From a bacterium (GTDB lineage Bacteria > Zhuqueibacterota > Zhuqueibacteria > Residuimicrobiales > Krinioviventaceae): 64,000 bases of DNA. Where the stretch lies: the NCBI GenBank assembly GCA_963674595.2, contig CAXXFV010000016.1, forward strand, positions 320,001-384,000. The letters are read 5' to 3'. This document shows positions 50,766 through 60,918 of the stretch, piece by piece. The notes under the pieces were generated by a model, which was given only the letters and a program-made list of their open reading frames with translations, was not told the origin of the DNA and did not search any database. Made by a program: the position numbers and the translations under genes. Position 1 is the first letter of the stretch; every line of letters starts with the position of its first letter.

Positions 50766-51725
50766 ATGGAGAGTTTTATGAACGTATTACTTACAGGTGG
50801 TGCCGGTTTTATTGGCTCACACCTATCTGAATATTTACTTGGAAATAACTGCAACGTGGACGTTGTAGACAATTTTAACGATTATTATGATCCGAATATT
50901 AAGAGAAACAATGTTAAAAGCGTACTCGGAAATTCTGCATATAATTTATATGAAGGTGATATTCTTGATTATGATTTTTTGGAAAATATAATAAAGAACA
51001 GAAATTATGATATCATAGTTCACCTGGCGGCGAGGGCCGGCGTCCGGCCTTCTATTCAGCAGCCGCTTTTATATGAACAGGTTAATGTACAGGGTACAAT
51101 CCATTTACTGGAGTTAATTAAAAAATACGGAATTAAAAAATTTGTTTTCGCTTCTTCATCATCGGTTTATGGGGCAAATAAAAAAGTGCCCTTTAGTGAA
51201 TCTGATTCTGTGGACAATCCTATTTCTCCCTATGCGGCAACGAAAAAGTCCGGTGAGTTGATATGCCACACCTACCATAAATTGTATGGCATTTCCATAA
51301 ACTGTCTACGGTTTTTTACGGTTTATGGGCCCCGTCAAAGACCGGATATGGCCATACATAAATTTGCCAAACTGATTGATGCCAATAAACCCATTCCTGT
51401 ATTTGGCGATGGAAAAAGCCGCCGCGATTTCACCTATATAGACGACATCATACAGGGTATAGCCGGTTCTATGGAAAATTGTAATGGTTATGAAATTTAT
51501 AATTTGGGAGAATCGGCCACCATCGAGTTGATTCAACTCATTCATCTTATAGAAGACAGTTTAGGCAAAAAAGCGATTTTTGATTATCAGCCGGACCAAC
51601 CAGGCGATGTTCCCATTACTTTTGCCGATATTACCAAAGCAAAGGCAGAATTAAATTATTGCCCGCAAACACCTGTTAAAGACGGTATTAAAAGATTTGT
51701 AGAATGGTTTAAATCACAATCATAA
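50766..51725 (+). CDS. NAD-dependent epimerase (UDP-glucuronate 4-epimerase-like)
   Basis: TGGAGFIG, HLAARAGVRPS, YAATKK, RFFTVYGPRQRPDMA. Confidence 0.88.
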   Translation: MESFMNVLLTGGAGFIGSHLSEYLLGNNCNVDVVDNFNDYYDPNIKRNNVKSVLGNSAYNLYEGDILDYDFLENIIKNRNYDIIVHLAARAGVRPSIQQPLLYEQVNVQGTIHLLELIKKYGIKKFVFASSSSVYGANKKVPFSESDSVDNPISPYAATKKSGELICHTYHKLYGISINCLRFFTVYGPRQRPDMAIHKFAKLIDANKPIPVFGDGKSRRDFTYIDDIIQGIAGSMENCNGYEIYNLGESATIELIQLIHLIEDSLGKKAIFDYQPDQPGDVPITFADITKAKAELNYCPQTPVKDGIKRFVEWFKSQS

Positions 51726-51747
51726 TCCTAAAATTTGGTTTTTTAAA

Positions 51748-53205
51748 ATGGTTTCGGAACGCGAAAGATTCTTGGGTAATATTATGAAAGGGGTGGATTT
51801 TTTATTCCTCTTGGCTGCTTTTCCGATTGCCTATTTTTTAGATGAATTTATCCGAAATATAGCCCAGTTATCTATTAAAGCCTACGCTATCGGCTCAACA
51901 TTTTCTGGTTTTATGTTTTTTGCCCAAAAATACTGGTTAATGTTTTTGGGCTTTCCAATTATATGGATCGGGATGTTTTCTTTAAATGGGGTCTATAGAG
52001 AGTTTAGAACAAGAACATTAAGACGCCTTTTGTGGCTGATTTTTACATCTGCTATTTGGGCTTCAATTGCTTCCGGTAGTTATGTCTTTTTATTAAAAAT
52101 AGAAATGGCCAGCCGGTTGTTTTTTGTTGTTTTTGCTTTTGTTTCTTATATACTGATTATCATGGAAAAACGATTGTTGTTAATCGTATTGGATTCTATT
52201 CATAAACGAGGTTATAATCAGGAAAATTTGTTGATTGTTGGTACAGGAAAAAGGGCCTGTGAATTTATTCGTGCTGTAAAAAATCATTCCAACTGGGGCC
52301 TTCGTATTGTCGGGCTGATTGACGACGAACATGGATTGTATGGAAAAGAGTTGGAGGGAAGCCGGGTTATCGGTAGGATTCAGGACATTCCGTTTCTTAT
52401 AAATCGTTTGGTTGTTGATCGTGTTATTTTTGTCGTGCCAAGACTTTGGCTGCATCGTATTGAAGAAGCGATTTTGGCGTGCGAACAGGTCGGTGTGCCG
52501 ACATCCATTTCTTTGGACTTGTATAATTTACATATTTCTCAGACACGGCAAACTGATTTTAACGGATTCCCGTTATTGGAATTTGAAACATTTTATGCCA
52601 AAGAGTGGCAGCTTTTTATAAAGCGGATTATGGATATCGTTATATCATTATCGGCCCTGTTGTTCTTTTCTCCTCTAATGCTGATTGTGTCGTTAATTAT
52701 TAAATTGACTTCCAAAGGTTCCGTTCTTTTTAGACAGGAACGATGCGGTGTAAACGGAAGGCGTTTTACTTTATTCAAATTTCGTTCAATGGTGGCAGAT
52801 GCCGAGGACCGGAAAAAAACATTGTTTGACAAAAATGAGATGGATGGTCCGGTATTTAAAATTAAAAGAGATCCCAGGATCACTCCTTTTGGGTATTTTT
52901 TAAGAAAAACAAGTATTGACGAATTGCCGCAATTTCTGAATGTGTTAAAAGGGGACATGAGTATTGTTGGTCCAAGACCGGCCCTTGTTTCCGAAATTGA
53001 AAAATACGAAGTATGGCAGCGACGCCGTTTGAGCCTTAAACCCGGTATTACCTGCGTTTGGCAGGTCAGCGGCCGAAACAAGATCAGCTTTGAGCAATGG
53101 ATGAAAATGGATATGGAATATATTGATAATTGGTCTTTATCATTGGATTTACGAATTTTATTAAAAACGTTTTTTGTTGTGCTGGTCGGCTATGGTGCAG
53201 AATAG
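51748..53205 (+). CDS. Undecaprenyl-phosphate glycosyl-1-phosphate (priming) transferase, WcaJ/WbaP family
   Basis: KFRSM, DPRITPFG, SIDELPQF, GDMSIVGPRP, KPGITCVWQVSGR. Confidence 0.92.
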   Translation: MVSERERFLGNIMKGVDFLFLLAAFPIAYFLDEFIRNIAQLSIKAYAIGSTFSGFMFFAQKYWLMFLGFPIIWIGMFSLNGVYREFRTRTLRRLLWLIFTSAIWASIASGSYVFLLKIEMASRLFFVVFAFVSYILIIMEKRLLLIVLDSIHKRGYNQENLLIVGTGKRACEFIRAVKNHSNWGLRIVGLIDDEHGLYGKELEGSRVIGRIQDIPFLINRLVVDRVIFVVPRLWLHRIEEAILACEQVGVPTSISLDLYNLHISQTRQTDFNGFPLLEFETFYAKEWQLFIKRIMDIVISLSALLFFSPLMLIVSLIIKLTSKGSVLFRQERCGVNGRRFTLFKFRSMVADAEDRKKTLFDKNEMDGPVFKIKRDPRITPFGYFLRKTSIDELPQFLNVLKGDMSIVGPRPALVSEIEKYEVWQRRRLSLKPGITCVWQVSGRNKISFEQWMKMDMEYIDNWSLSLDLRILLKTFFVVLVGYGAE

Positions 53206-53227
53206 TAAGAAAAGGATTGAATAATAA

Positions 53228-54448
53228 TTGACTCTTGAAACAAATTTTCAGATAAAAAATACAAAACCATTAAAAATACTCATGATCGCTCCCCAACCCT
53301 GGTTCCAGCCACGGGGAACACCTTTCAGCGTATTACATCGTATTAAAGCTTTGTCATTATTAGGGCATCAGGTTGACCTGGCTACCTATCATATCGGTCA
53401 GAATGTGGCGGTAGAAAATCTGCAAGTATACCGTGCGTCCAGGGTACCGTTTATTAATAACATTAAAATTGGTCCTTCTGTACCAAAAATATTTTTAGAC
53501 ATAGCTTTATATCGTCTTGTTGTTTCCCTGTTGAAAAACAATAAATATGACTTGATTCATACTCATGAGGAAGCCGCTTTTTTCGGGTATCGGTTTGCAT
53601 TAAAACATAAAATACCCCATTTATACGATATGCATTCCTGTTTGCCACAGCAGTTGAAAAATTTCAAATATACAAATTCTAAATTAATATCCGGCCTTTT
53701 TGAACGCCTTGAAGGCAATACGATAAAAAATTCAAATGCTGTTATTACCATCTGTCCGGAACTGCAAAACTATGTAAATGAACAGTTCCCGGATAAATAC
53801 AGTGTATTGATTGAAAATGTTGCCGATAACAGTATTGTTTTTCCTCCGAATAAAGAGGACAAGGAACGTTTAAAGAAAAAGTATGGTATTGGTAATAAAA
53901 AAATAGTTTTGTATTATGGTACATTTGAAGCCTATCAGGGAATTGATATGCTGATTAAAAGTTCACAGCATGTGTTGGAAAGATTCCCCGAAGCACTTTT
54001 TCTGCTGGTAGGTGGAAATGAAAAGCAAATTTCAGAATATTCCCGGATGGTTAATGAAGTCAATATGAACCATGCGTTCCGTTTTACCGGGTTTGTACAA
54101 CCGCAGGATATTCCGCAATTTGTCGATATGGCTGATGTTTTGGTTTCATCGCGAATGCGCGGGAATAACTCACCGTTAAAGATTTATTCCTATCTACGGT
54201 CCGGGAAACCAATTGTGGCAACCCGTCATATTACACATACTCAGATTTTGAATGATAATGTCTCTGTATTGACGGAACCGGCTGCAAAAGAGTTTGCCGA
54301 CGGAATTGTTTATGTGCTGCAAAATCCTGAAAAGTCGATGACATTGGCTAAAGCCGCTCAGCAGTTGGCTGAAGAAAAATACGGGTATGCCGAATATCTT
54401 GAAAAAACACAAAAGATTATTGAATATATTATCAACACTGGTTTATAA
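53228..54448 (+). CDS. GT4 family glycosyltransferase
   Basis: RGTP, YYGTFEAYQG, PLKIYSYLRSGKPIVAT. Confidence 0.85.
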   Translation: MTLETNFQIKNTKPLKILMIAPQPWFQPRGTPFSVLHRIKALSLLGHQVDLATYHIGQNVAVENLQVYRASRVPFINNIKIGPSVPKIFLDIALYRLVVSLLKNNKYDLIHTHEEAAFFGYRFALKHKIPHLYDMHSCLPQQLKNFKYTNSKLISGLFERLEGNTIKNSNAVITICPELQNYVNEQFPDKYSVLIENVADNSIVFPPNKEDKERLKKKYGIGNKKIVLYYGTFEAYQGIDMLIKSSQHVLERFPEALFLLVGGNEKQISEYSRMVNEVNMNHAFRFTGFVQPQDIPQFVDMADVLVSSRMRGNNSPLKIYSYLRSGKPIVATRHITHTQILNDNVSVLTEPAAKEFADGIVYVLQNPEKSMTLAKAAQQLAEEKYGYAEYLEKTQKIIEYIINTGL

Positions 54449-54454
54449 TTATAC

Positions 54455-55198
54455 ATGAATAAAAAAACAGATCATTATAGCTATTCCTTGTATGCAAAAC
54501 AGGACTTTGCACAAAAATATGAAAAAGACAGATTTGGTTCTGATTTTGGTCTGTTTTTAAAAAGTTATGAATGTGATCAATATGCACAATTTATCCCGCA
54601 GTTTACAAGATTGCTGGATGTTGGTACCGGTAGCGGTAAACTTGCGGCCTCCTTTTCGAAACAGGGGGAAGGGACGGTTGTTGCTAGCGATGCATCTTTT
54701 GAAATGGCCCGGATTGCCAGAGATAACATACCCGGCAATAAAAAATTTGTAGTGGTTTGCGATGCCCATCATCTCTGTTTTAAAAAAGGTGCTTTTGATG
54801 CGGTCACATCATCCCGTGTGTTGATGCATCTTGTTAATTGGCAAAAGGCGGTTAAGGAATTGTGTCGCGTTTCCAATGACAGGGTCGTTCTCGATTTCCC
54901 CGCTTTTATCAGTTTCACAATAGTTGAAAGAATTTTTCGAAGATTAAAAGGTCTTTTTTCTGATAGAACACAATCCTATCAGGGATTTTTTACAAGTACG
55001 GTTGGTAAAGAATTTCAAAATAATAATTTTGCCATTACCGGAAAAAGCCATGGTTTTTTTCTTCCTGTTGCTTTTTATCGGTTTATAAATTCAGCAAAAC
55101 TGGCCTTAAAATTTGAACAGACTTTTGAAAAGATTAAGCTTGCTCGCTTTTTGGGAACACCTGTTACGTTACTTTTAAAAAGAAAAGAAAATAAATAA
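54455..55198 (+). CDS. Class I SAM-dependent methyltransferase
   Basis: LLDVGTGSG, DASFEM, FDAVTSSRVLMH. Confidence 0.88.
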   Translation: MNKKTDHYSYSLYAKQDFAQKYEKDRFGSDFGLFLKSYECDQYAQFIPQFTRLLDVGTGSGKLAASFSKQGEGTVVASDASFEMARIARDNIPGNKKFVVVCDAHHLCFKKGAFDAVTSSRVLMHLVNWQKAVKELCRVSNDRVVLDFPAFISFTIVERIFRRLKGLFSDRTQSYQGFFTSTVGKEFQNNNFAITGKSHGFFLPVAFYRFINSAKLALKFEQTFEKIKLARFLGTPVTLLLKRKENK

Positions 55199-56850
55199 TG
55201 ACCAGAAATACGGATTTATCCAATAAATTTAATCAAACTTTTGACGTCCTGATAGTGGGCGGTGGAATTTATGGGGCAACTATGTTGTGGGAAGCGACTT
55301 CCCGAGGATTATCTGCCCTGTTAATCGAAATGAATGATTTTTGTTCAGCAACCTCAGCCAATAGCTTAAAGACCATTCATGGCGGTTTACGTTATTTACA
55401 GACGTTGGACTTGAAAAGAGTGCGTGAATCCATCCGGGAACGACAGATCCTTTTGCGAATTGCCCCGCACCTTGTTCAGCCCTTATCATGCCTTATGCCG
55501 ACTGCCGGCCACATGATGAAAAGTAAAGAGGTTATGACCATGGGCTTGTTAATGAATGATTTTATCAGTATGGACCGAAATACTGCCGTACCTGACTTTA
55601 ATCATTTGAAAAATGGTATAATTATAAACAAAGCCAGGGCCCGGGAACAAATACCCTTTGTCAATTTTGATGTGTACACAGGCGCAGCAAATTGGTTTGA
55701 CGGCCAGGCCTATAATTCGGAACGGCTTGTTTTTGGATTTATTCAGTCGGCTGTTGAAAAGGGAGCACAGGCTGTTAACTATATAAAAGCAGAACAATTT
55801 TTAATTCATAATGACCAGGTTCAGGGTGTTAAAGCTGTTGATACGATAACAAACTCTGAATATGAAATTAAAGCTGACACTGTTATAACAACAACAGGCG
55901 CCTGGACAAACAAAATCTGTCCTGAAAGTGTAAAAATTCCATTTATCCCTTCAAAAGCAATTAATCTGATTGTTAAAAAGCGACTGGCTGAAAATGCTAT
56001 TGGAATTAACAGTGGTATTGAATATAAAAATGGTGTTAAGACCTTTCGCCGGAAATCACGGAATTTGTTTATTGCTCCGTGGCGGCACTATACTATTATC
56101 GGTACAACGCATTTGCCCTACGACGGCGATCCTGATGAATATAAAGTTTCAAAATCAGATATTCAGGATTTTTTGCTGGAATTGAATGACCTAATGCCGA
56201 ACACTGAACTGAAAGAAAGTGATGTTACGTTTTTTCACGGTGGTGTTCTTCCGCTCAAAACGTTACCGGAAGCAGGGCGAGATGTGCAATTGCTCGAACA
56301 ATACCAAATTTTTAATAGTGAGATTAAAGGTCTATATAATGTGATCGGGGTAAAATATACCACAGCGCGCGACGTTGCCGAAAAAACAATAAACAGAATT
56401 TATAAGAAAAAAGGCTTAAAGCGGTTATTTAATACAAGGAAAGAGCCGTTACATGGCGGTGATATTGACGATTATTTGGCTTTTGTAGATGATATAAAAA
56501 AGGACGTCGAATCCGTTTTGGATGATAATGTGGTTTTGCAGCTTGTACGGAATTATGGAACAACATGTACAAAGGTTATCAAGTTGATTGAAGAGAAACC
56601 CGAGTTAGCACAACGTTTGGCCGAAAATACAAACGTAATTAAAGCACAGGTTGTATATGCTGTTAAATATGAATCTGCTGAAAAACTTGCAGATGTTGTA
56701 TTACGACGGACAGAATTGGGCTCGGGAGAATATCCCAGTGATGAAGCGTTGAATGCAGCAGCCAAACTCATGGGAAATGAACTTGGATGGGACAAATCAA
56801 GGATTGATAGTGAAATAGAATATGTTAAACAGAAATACCAACCGCAGTAA
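55198..56850 (+). CDS. FAD-dependent glycerol-3-phosphate dehydrogenase/oxidase family protein
   Basis: DVLIVGGGIYG, TSANSLKTIHGGLRYL, IGTT, KYTTAR, DVVLRRT. Confidence 0.85.
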   Translation: MTRNTDLSNKFNQTFDVLIVGGGIYGATMLWEATSRGLSALLIEMNDFCSATSANSLKTIHGGLRYLQTLDLKRVRESIRERQILLRIAPHLVQPLSCLMPTAGHMMKSKEVMTMGLLMNDFISMDRNTAVPDFNHLKNGIIINKARAREQIPFVNFDVYTGAANWFDGQAYNSERLVFGFIQSAVEKGAQAVNYIKAEQFLIHNDQVQGVKAVDTITNSEYEIKADTVITTTGAWTNKICPESVKIPFIPSKAINLIVKKRLAENAIGINSGIEYKNGVKTFRRKSRNLFIAPWRHYTIIGTTHLPYDGDPDEYKVSKSDIQDFLLELNDLMPNTELKESDVTFFHGGVLPLKTLPEAGRDVQLLEQYQIFNSEIKGLYNVIGVKYTTARDVAEKTINRIYKKKGLKRLFNTRKEPLHGGDIDDYLAFVDDIKKDVESVLDDNVVLQLVRNYGTTCTKVIKLIEEKPELAQRLAENTNVIKAQVVYAVKYESAEKLADVVLRRTELGSGEYPSDEALNAAAKLMGNELGWDKSRIDSEIEYVKQKYQPQ

Positions 56851-56882
56851 AAAACGAACTTGTTATTGAAAGGCAAAAGAAA

Positions 56883-57884
56883 GTGATAAAAGCTTTGGTT
56901 ACCGGGGCTACTGGATTTACCGGACAGTATATGGTCCAAAATTTACTCGATAACGGTTATGAAGTGCGTGTTTTGGTTCGCGCTTCGAGTAACCTGGATG
57001 CTCTTAAAAATAAACGTGTTGAGCTTTGTTTCGGCGACATTTGTAATATCGATGAGGTCGAAAAAGCTGTTGAAGGTGTTGATGTGATCTATCACATTGC
57101 TGCCTTGTATCGGGCTGCAAATGTACCTGATTCTGTTTATTATAATGTCAATGTTACGGGAACAAAAAATCTGTTGGATGCGGCCCTTAAATATAATATA
57201 AAACGTTTTTTACATTGCAGCACAGTCGGCATTTATGGACACATTGAAAATCCGCCGGCAGATGAAACCGCACCCCTCAGACCTGGTGACATTTATCAGG
57301 ATACCAAACTTGAAGGTGAAAAATTGGCGCTTTCCTATTATAAAGAAAAAGGATTGCCTGTAACAATTGTGCGTCCCACCGGTATTTATGGCCCCGGAGA
57401 TTTACGGATGCTTAAAATGTACAAGATGATACAAAACGGCAAGTTTATCATGTTCGGCAAGGGCGATGTGTTTTATCATTTAACCTTTGTTACCGATGTT
57501 GTTGAAGGATTTCGGCTTGCTGCTGAAAGTGAAAAAGCAATTGGTAAGGATTATATTATTGCCGGTGATGAATGCTTTACCCTGGAAGAATTTAAAGAGA
57601 CTGTTGCAAAAGTGCTGAATGTAATAAGCAGTAACCTCCATTTACCGGTCATGCCGTTATATTTTTTAGGTTATATTTGTGAAAAAATATGCATACCTTT
57701 ACGTATTCAACCCCCTATCTTTCGCCGACGGGTTGATCTTTTCGTCAAAAGCCGTTCCTTTGATGCTGCCAAAGCAAAAAGAGACTTTGGTTTTCAACCG
57801 AAAATTGGTGTTATGGAAGGCATTAAAAAAACAGCAGAATGGTATTCACAGAACGGCTATTTAAACCAGATTAACAAGGATTGA
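56883..57884 (+). CDS. NAD-dependent epimerase/dehydratase
   Basis: TGATGFTG, YQDTK (YxxxK), RPTGIYGPGD. Confidence 0.88.
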   Translation: MIKALVTGATGFTGQYMVQNLLDNGYEVRVLVRASSNLDALKNKRVELCFGDICNIDEVEKAVEGVDVIYHIAALYRAANVPDSVYYNVNVTGTKNLLDAALKYNIKRFLHCSTVGIYGHIENPPADETAPLRPGDIYQDTKLEGEKLALSYYKEKGLPVTIVRPTGIYGPGDLRMLKMYKMIQNGKFIMFGKGDVFYHLTFVTDVVEGFRLAAESEKAIGKDYIIAGDECFTLEEFKETVAKVLNVISSNLHLPVMPLYFLGYICEKICIPLRIQPPIFRRRVDLFVKSRSFDAAKAKRDFGFQPKIGVMEGIKKTAEWYSQNGYLNQINKD

Positions 57885-57889
57885 TATAA

Positions 57890-59065
57890 ATGAAAAAAAT
57901 TTGTGTATTGGGTAATTTTTCCGGTCGTAATGCTGGTGACGCGGCCATCCTGGGATGTTTATTAAAAGATGTTTCCGAACGATATGAAAATGCTTTATTC
58001 GAAATTCCTACTATAAATACAAACTTTGTGCGTAATTCCTATTCAGAATATAATATAAAACCGATTTCTCTATTACCCTGGAACCTGAGTGCAAAAATTT
58101 TGGGTGTCCCTGTTTTTCGATCAACGTTGAATGCCGACCTTGTTCTTTCAACAGATGCTATATTATTTGATCGCAGACTTTATAATCCTTTGTTTAATTA
58201 TTTATGGACCCTTTCTATTGTTCTTCCTATGGTTAAAAAACGTGGAATTCCCTTTGCGCTTTACAACAGCAGTTTAGGTCCCATTAAAACGAACAGCGGC
58301 GCTGCCTGCTTGAAACGGGTCGTTAGCAGTGCGGATCTGGTCATTCTGCGTGATAAGGTATCTCTGGAGTTGATGAAAAAACTGGATTTTACCCATCCGA
58401 ATGTTATTGAAGGCGCTGATTGTGCTTTAAATTCCGAACCTGTCGATGACCAGGAATTTGAGCGTATTAAAGAAAAAGAAGGATTGTTTGAAAGCGGAAG
58501 GCCGACGATTGGTATAAATATCAATAGTTATGTCGATAAATATGTATCACAATCCGGACAAAGTTTTGGCCGCGATAATTTAACAACTCTCTATGCCAGG
58601 ACAGTTGATCGCCTGGTAAAAGATCTGGATGTTGATATTCTGTTTGTTGAAACCCAGCACATGGATTTGGGGATTGCTTTTGAAACGTTGAGTAAAATAA
58701 AAAACCGAACTCGTGTTAAATTGATTTCCAACAAGATATACAGTTATCGTCAGATATGTTCTGTGCTGAAACGCCTGGACTTGTTTGTAGGAATGCGTAC
58801 GCATTCGTTAATTATGGCCTCGGCCATGGGTGTTCCGGTCGCCGGTATCAATACCTATCCCAAAAATCGTGGGTATATGCAGACCATCGGTATGGATGGA
58901 AATTTAATCGAATTTAAAGATTTGTCGATTGATGCGTTTTTTGACCTGATTAAAGGTGTCTATGAATCCAAAGAAACACATCGCGACAAAATGCTTCCTT
59001 TGGTAGAGCAGGAAAAAAATAAAGCTGCCGGTAGTGCGGATCATTTGAAAAAAATATTTACCTAG
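57890..59065 (+). CDS. Polysaccharide pyruvyl transferase family protein
   Basis: NAGDAAIL, ILRDKVS, GMRTHSLI. Confidence 0.85.
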   Translation: MKKICVLGNFSGRNAGDAAILGCLLKDVSERYENALFEIPTINTNFVRNSYSEYNIKPISLLPWNLSAKILGVPVFRSTLNADLVLSTDAILFDRRLYNPLFNYLWTLSIVLPMVKKRGIPFALYNSSLGPIKTNSGAACLKRVVSSADLVILRDKVSLELMKKLDFTHPNVIEGADCALNSEPVDDQEFERIKEKEGLFESGRPTIGININSYVDKYVSQSGQSFGRDNLTTLYARTVDRLVKDLDVDILFVETQHMDLGIAFETLSKIKNRTRVKLISNKIYSYRQICSVLKRLDLFVGMRTHSLIMASAMGVPVAGINTYPKNRGYMQTIGMDGNLIEFKDLSIDAFFDLIKGVYESKETHRDKMLPLVEQEKNKAAGSADHLKKIFT

Positions 59066-59123
59066 TAAATGTCTCCTGTAATTAATTTTGTTAATTTTTA
59101 AAAACGAATAGGGAGTACATTCC

Positions 59124-60860
59124 GTGAAAAAACAAATGATGTCTCTGGTACGGTTTTTTATAAGCGCATTGCTTTTATACTTTGTTCTCAAACAGGCGGG
59201 GTTATCTGAAATTTGGAAGATCATTCGCACGGCTGATTTGAATTATATGATCTTGTTTATCCTTGTGAGCCCCGTGCTTATCTTTCTAAGTTCCTGGAAA
59301 TGGCAAGTCATTCTCAAAGCGCAAAATATCAATGTGTCTGTCGGTCGGCTTTTTGTTTTATATATTACAGGATATTTTTTCAATACATTTTTACCGACGA
59401 ATGTCGGCGGTGATGTTGTGCGCGCACACATTCTTGGGAAAGCTGTTAAAGACCCTGCTAAAATATATTCTTCTGTGTTTTTAGAACGCTTTACCGGATT
59501 AACGATGTTGTTGTTTTTTGCCATCATCGCTTTCTTTTTGGGCATAAGGGAGTTATGGGACAAGTGGCTTATTCTTTCCATGCTGGTATGCATTGCCGGG
59601 TATGTTGTTTTGTTGGCCGTAATCTGGAATCCGGCTTACTTTGAATGGATTGAGAAAAAATTTAATATTAAAGTTATTAAAACAGTTATACAAAAACTTA
59701 AAAAATTTCAAAAAGCGACCCTGATACTAAAGGACAAAAAGCTTGTCTTGCTGTTTGCTTTATTTAATTCATCCTTGTTTTATTTATTTGCCGTATTAAA
59801 TGTCTATTTTTGCAGCAAGGCCTTTAACCCGGACATGGCATTTATTGATGCCTGTATAATAACGCCCATCGTTTTGGTTATTGCCATGATCCCGATATCT
59901 ATCGGCGGGTGGGGCTTGACCGAAGGCGCCTACTTTTTTACTTTTGCACGAATGGGACTCGGCGGACCACTTGGCTTAACAGTTGGATTATTACTTCGGG
60001 CAAAGTTGTTAATTATTGGAATTTTCGGCGGACTTGCCTATTCTTTTGGAGATGTAAAATTTAATAAAAAGGAACTGGTATTGCCCAAAACGAATATGGA
60101 TAAAAGTGCTGATAATGAGGGTTCCGGTAAATATTTCAGCAGTTTTGAAGATGTGCTGCGCCGCCCCAAATCTCCGTTAAAAAAATACCAGGATATCGTT
60201 ATTGGTAATTACAGTTTGGGGAAACTTTTAAAATTTGAGTTTTTGACATTTTTTCTGAGTTCTATGCCCGGAATATTGGGTTTGGGTTTAAGACAGATAT
60301 TTTACAAAAGTATTTTTAAAAGGTTGGGTAAGGGATCGGTCATTAACAGGAGCGTTTCTCTGCGTCATACCTATAAAATTAGTATTAATAAAAATTGTGT
60401 AATTGATGAGTATTGCATGTTAAATGCCCAGGGTGGGGATGATAGCAAAATTGAACTGGGTGACTTTGTTTTATTGGGCCGGGGAACAGTTGTAACAACT
60501 AAAAACGGCACCATAAAAATTGATGATTACAGTAATATCGGTGCTTATTGCCGAATCGGTACACCCAGTAAAATTGAAATTGGAAAATATTTTTTATGTG
60601 CTGCCAATTGTTATATTGGGGGCGTTACTCATAATTTTAGTGATTTGGAAACACCGATTTTAAAACAGGGATTTGATGATAAAGGCGGCGTCGTTATCGA
60701 TGATGATGTTTGGTTGGGAGCCGGCGTTACGGTATTAGACGGCGTGAAAATTGGAAAGGGTGCTATTATTGGCGCAAATTCTTTGGTTAATAAAGACATA
60801 CCAGCCTATGCGATTGCTCATGGTACGCCTGCCAAAGTTGTTAAATATAGGAATCAATAA
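59124..60860 (+). CDS. Fusion of a UPF0104/LPG-synthase TM (flippase-like) domain and a hexapeptide-repeat acyltransferase
   Basis: FFNTFLPTNVGGDVVR, PISIGGWGLTEG, then LbH repeats VVIDDDVWLGAGVTVLDGVKIGKGAIIGANS. Confidence 0.82.
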   Translation: MKKQMMSLVRFFISALLLYFVLKQAGLSEIWKIIRTADLNYMILFILVSPVLIFLSSWKWQVILKAQNINVSVGRLFVLYITGYFFNTFLPTNVGGDVVRAHILGKAVKDPAKIYSSVFLERFTGLTMLLFFAIIAFFLGIRELWDKWLILSMLVCIAGYVVLLAVIWNPAYFEWIEKKFNIKVIKTVIQKLKKFQKATLILKDKKLVLLFALFNSSLFYLFAVLNVYFCSKAFNPDMAFIDACIITPIVLVIAMIPISIGGWGLTEGAYFFTFARMGLGGPLGLTVGLLLRAKLLIIGIFGGLAYSFGDVKFNKKELVLPKTNMDKSADNEGSGKYFSSFEDVLRRPKSPLKKYQDIVIGNYSLGKLLKFEFLTFFLSSMPGILGLGLRQIFYKSIFKRLGKGSVINRSVSLRHTYKISINKNCVIDEYCMLNAQGGDDSKIELGDFVLLGRGTVVTTKNGTIKIDDYSNIGAYCRIGTPSKIEIGKYFLCAANCYIGGVTHNFSDLETPILKQGFDDKGGVVIDDDVWLGAGVTVLDGVKIGKGAIIGANSLVNKDIPAYAIAHGTPAKVVKYRNQ

Positions 60861-60862
60861 CA

Positions 60863-60896
60863 AAGGATTGCCAATTAGTTGGGGGCAACGATCCTT
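60863..60896. terminator. Hairpin between convergent genes
   Basis: AAGGATTGCC...GGCAA(CG)ATCCTT. Confidence 0.45.
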
Positions 60897-60918
60897 GAAA
60901 TTTTTATCAGAAAAAATA

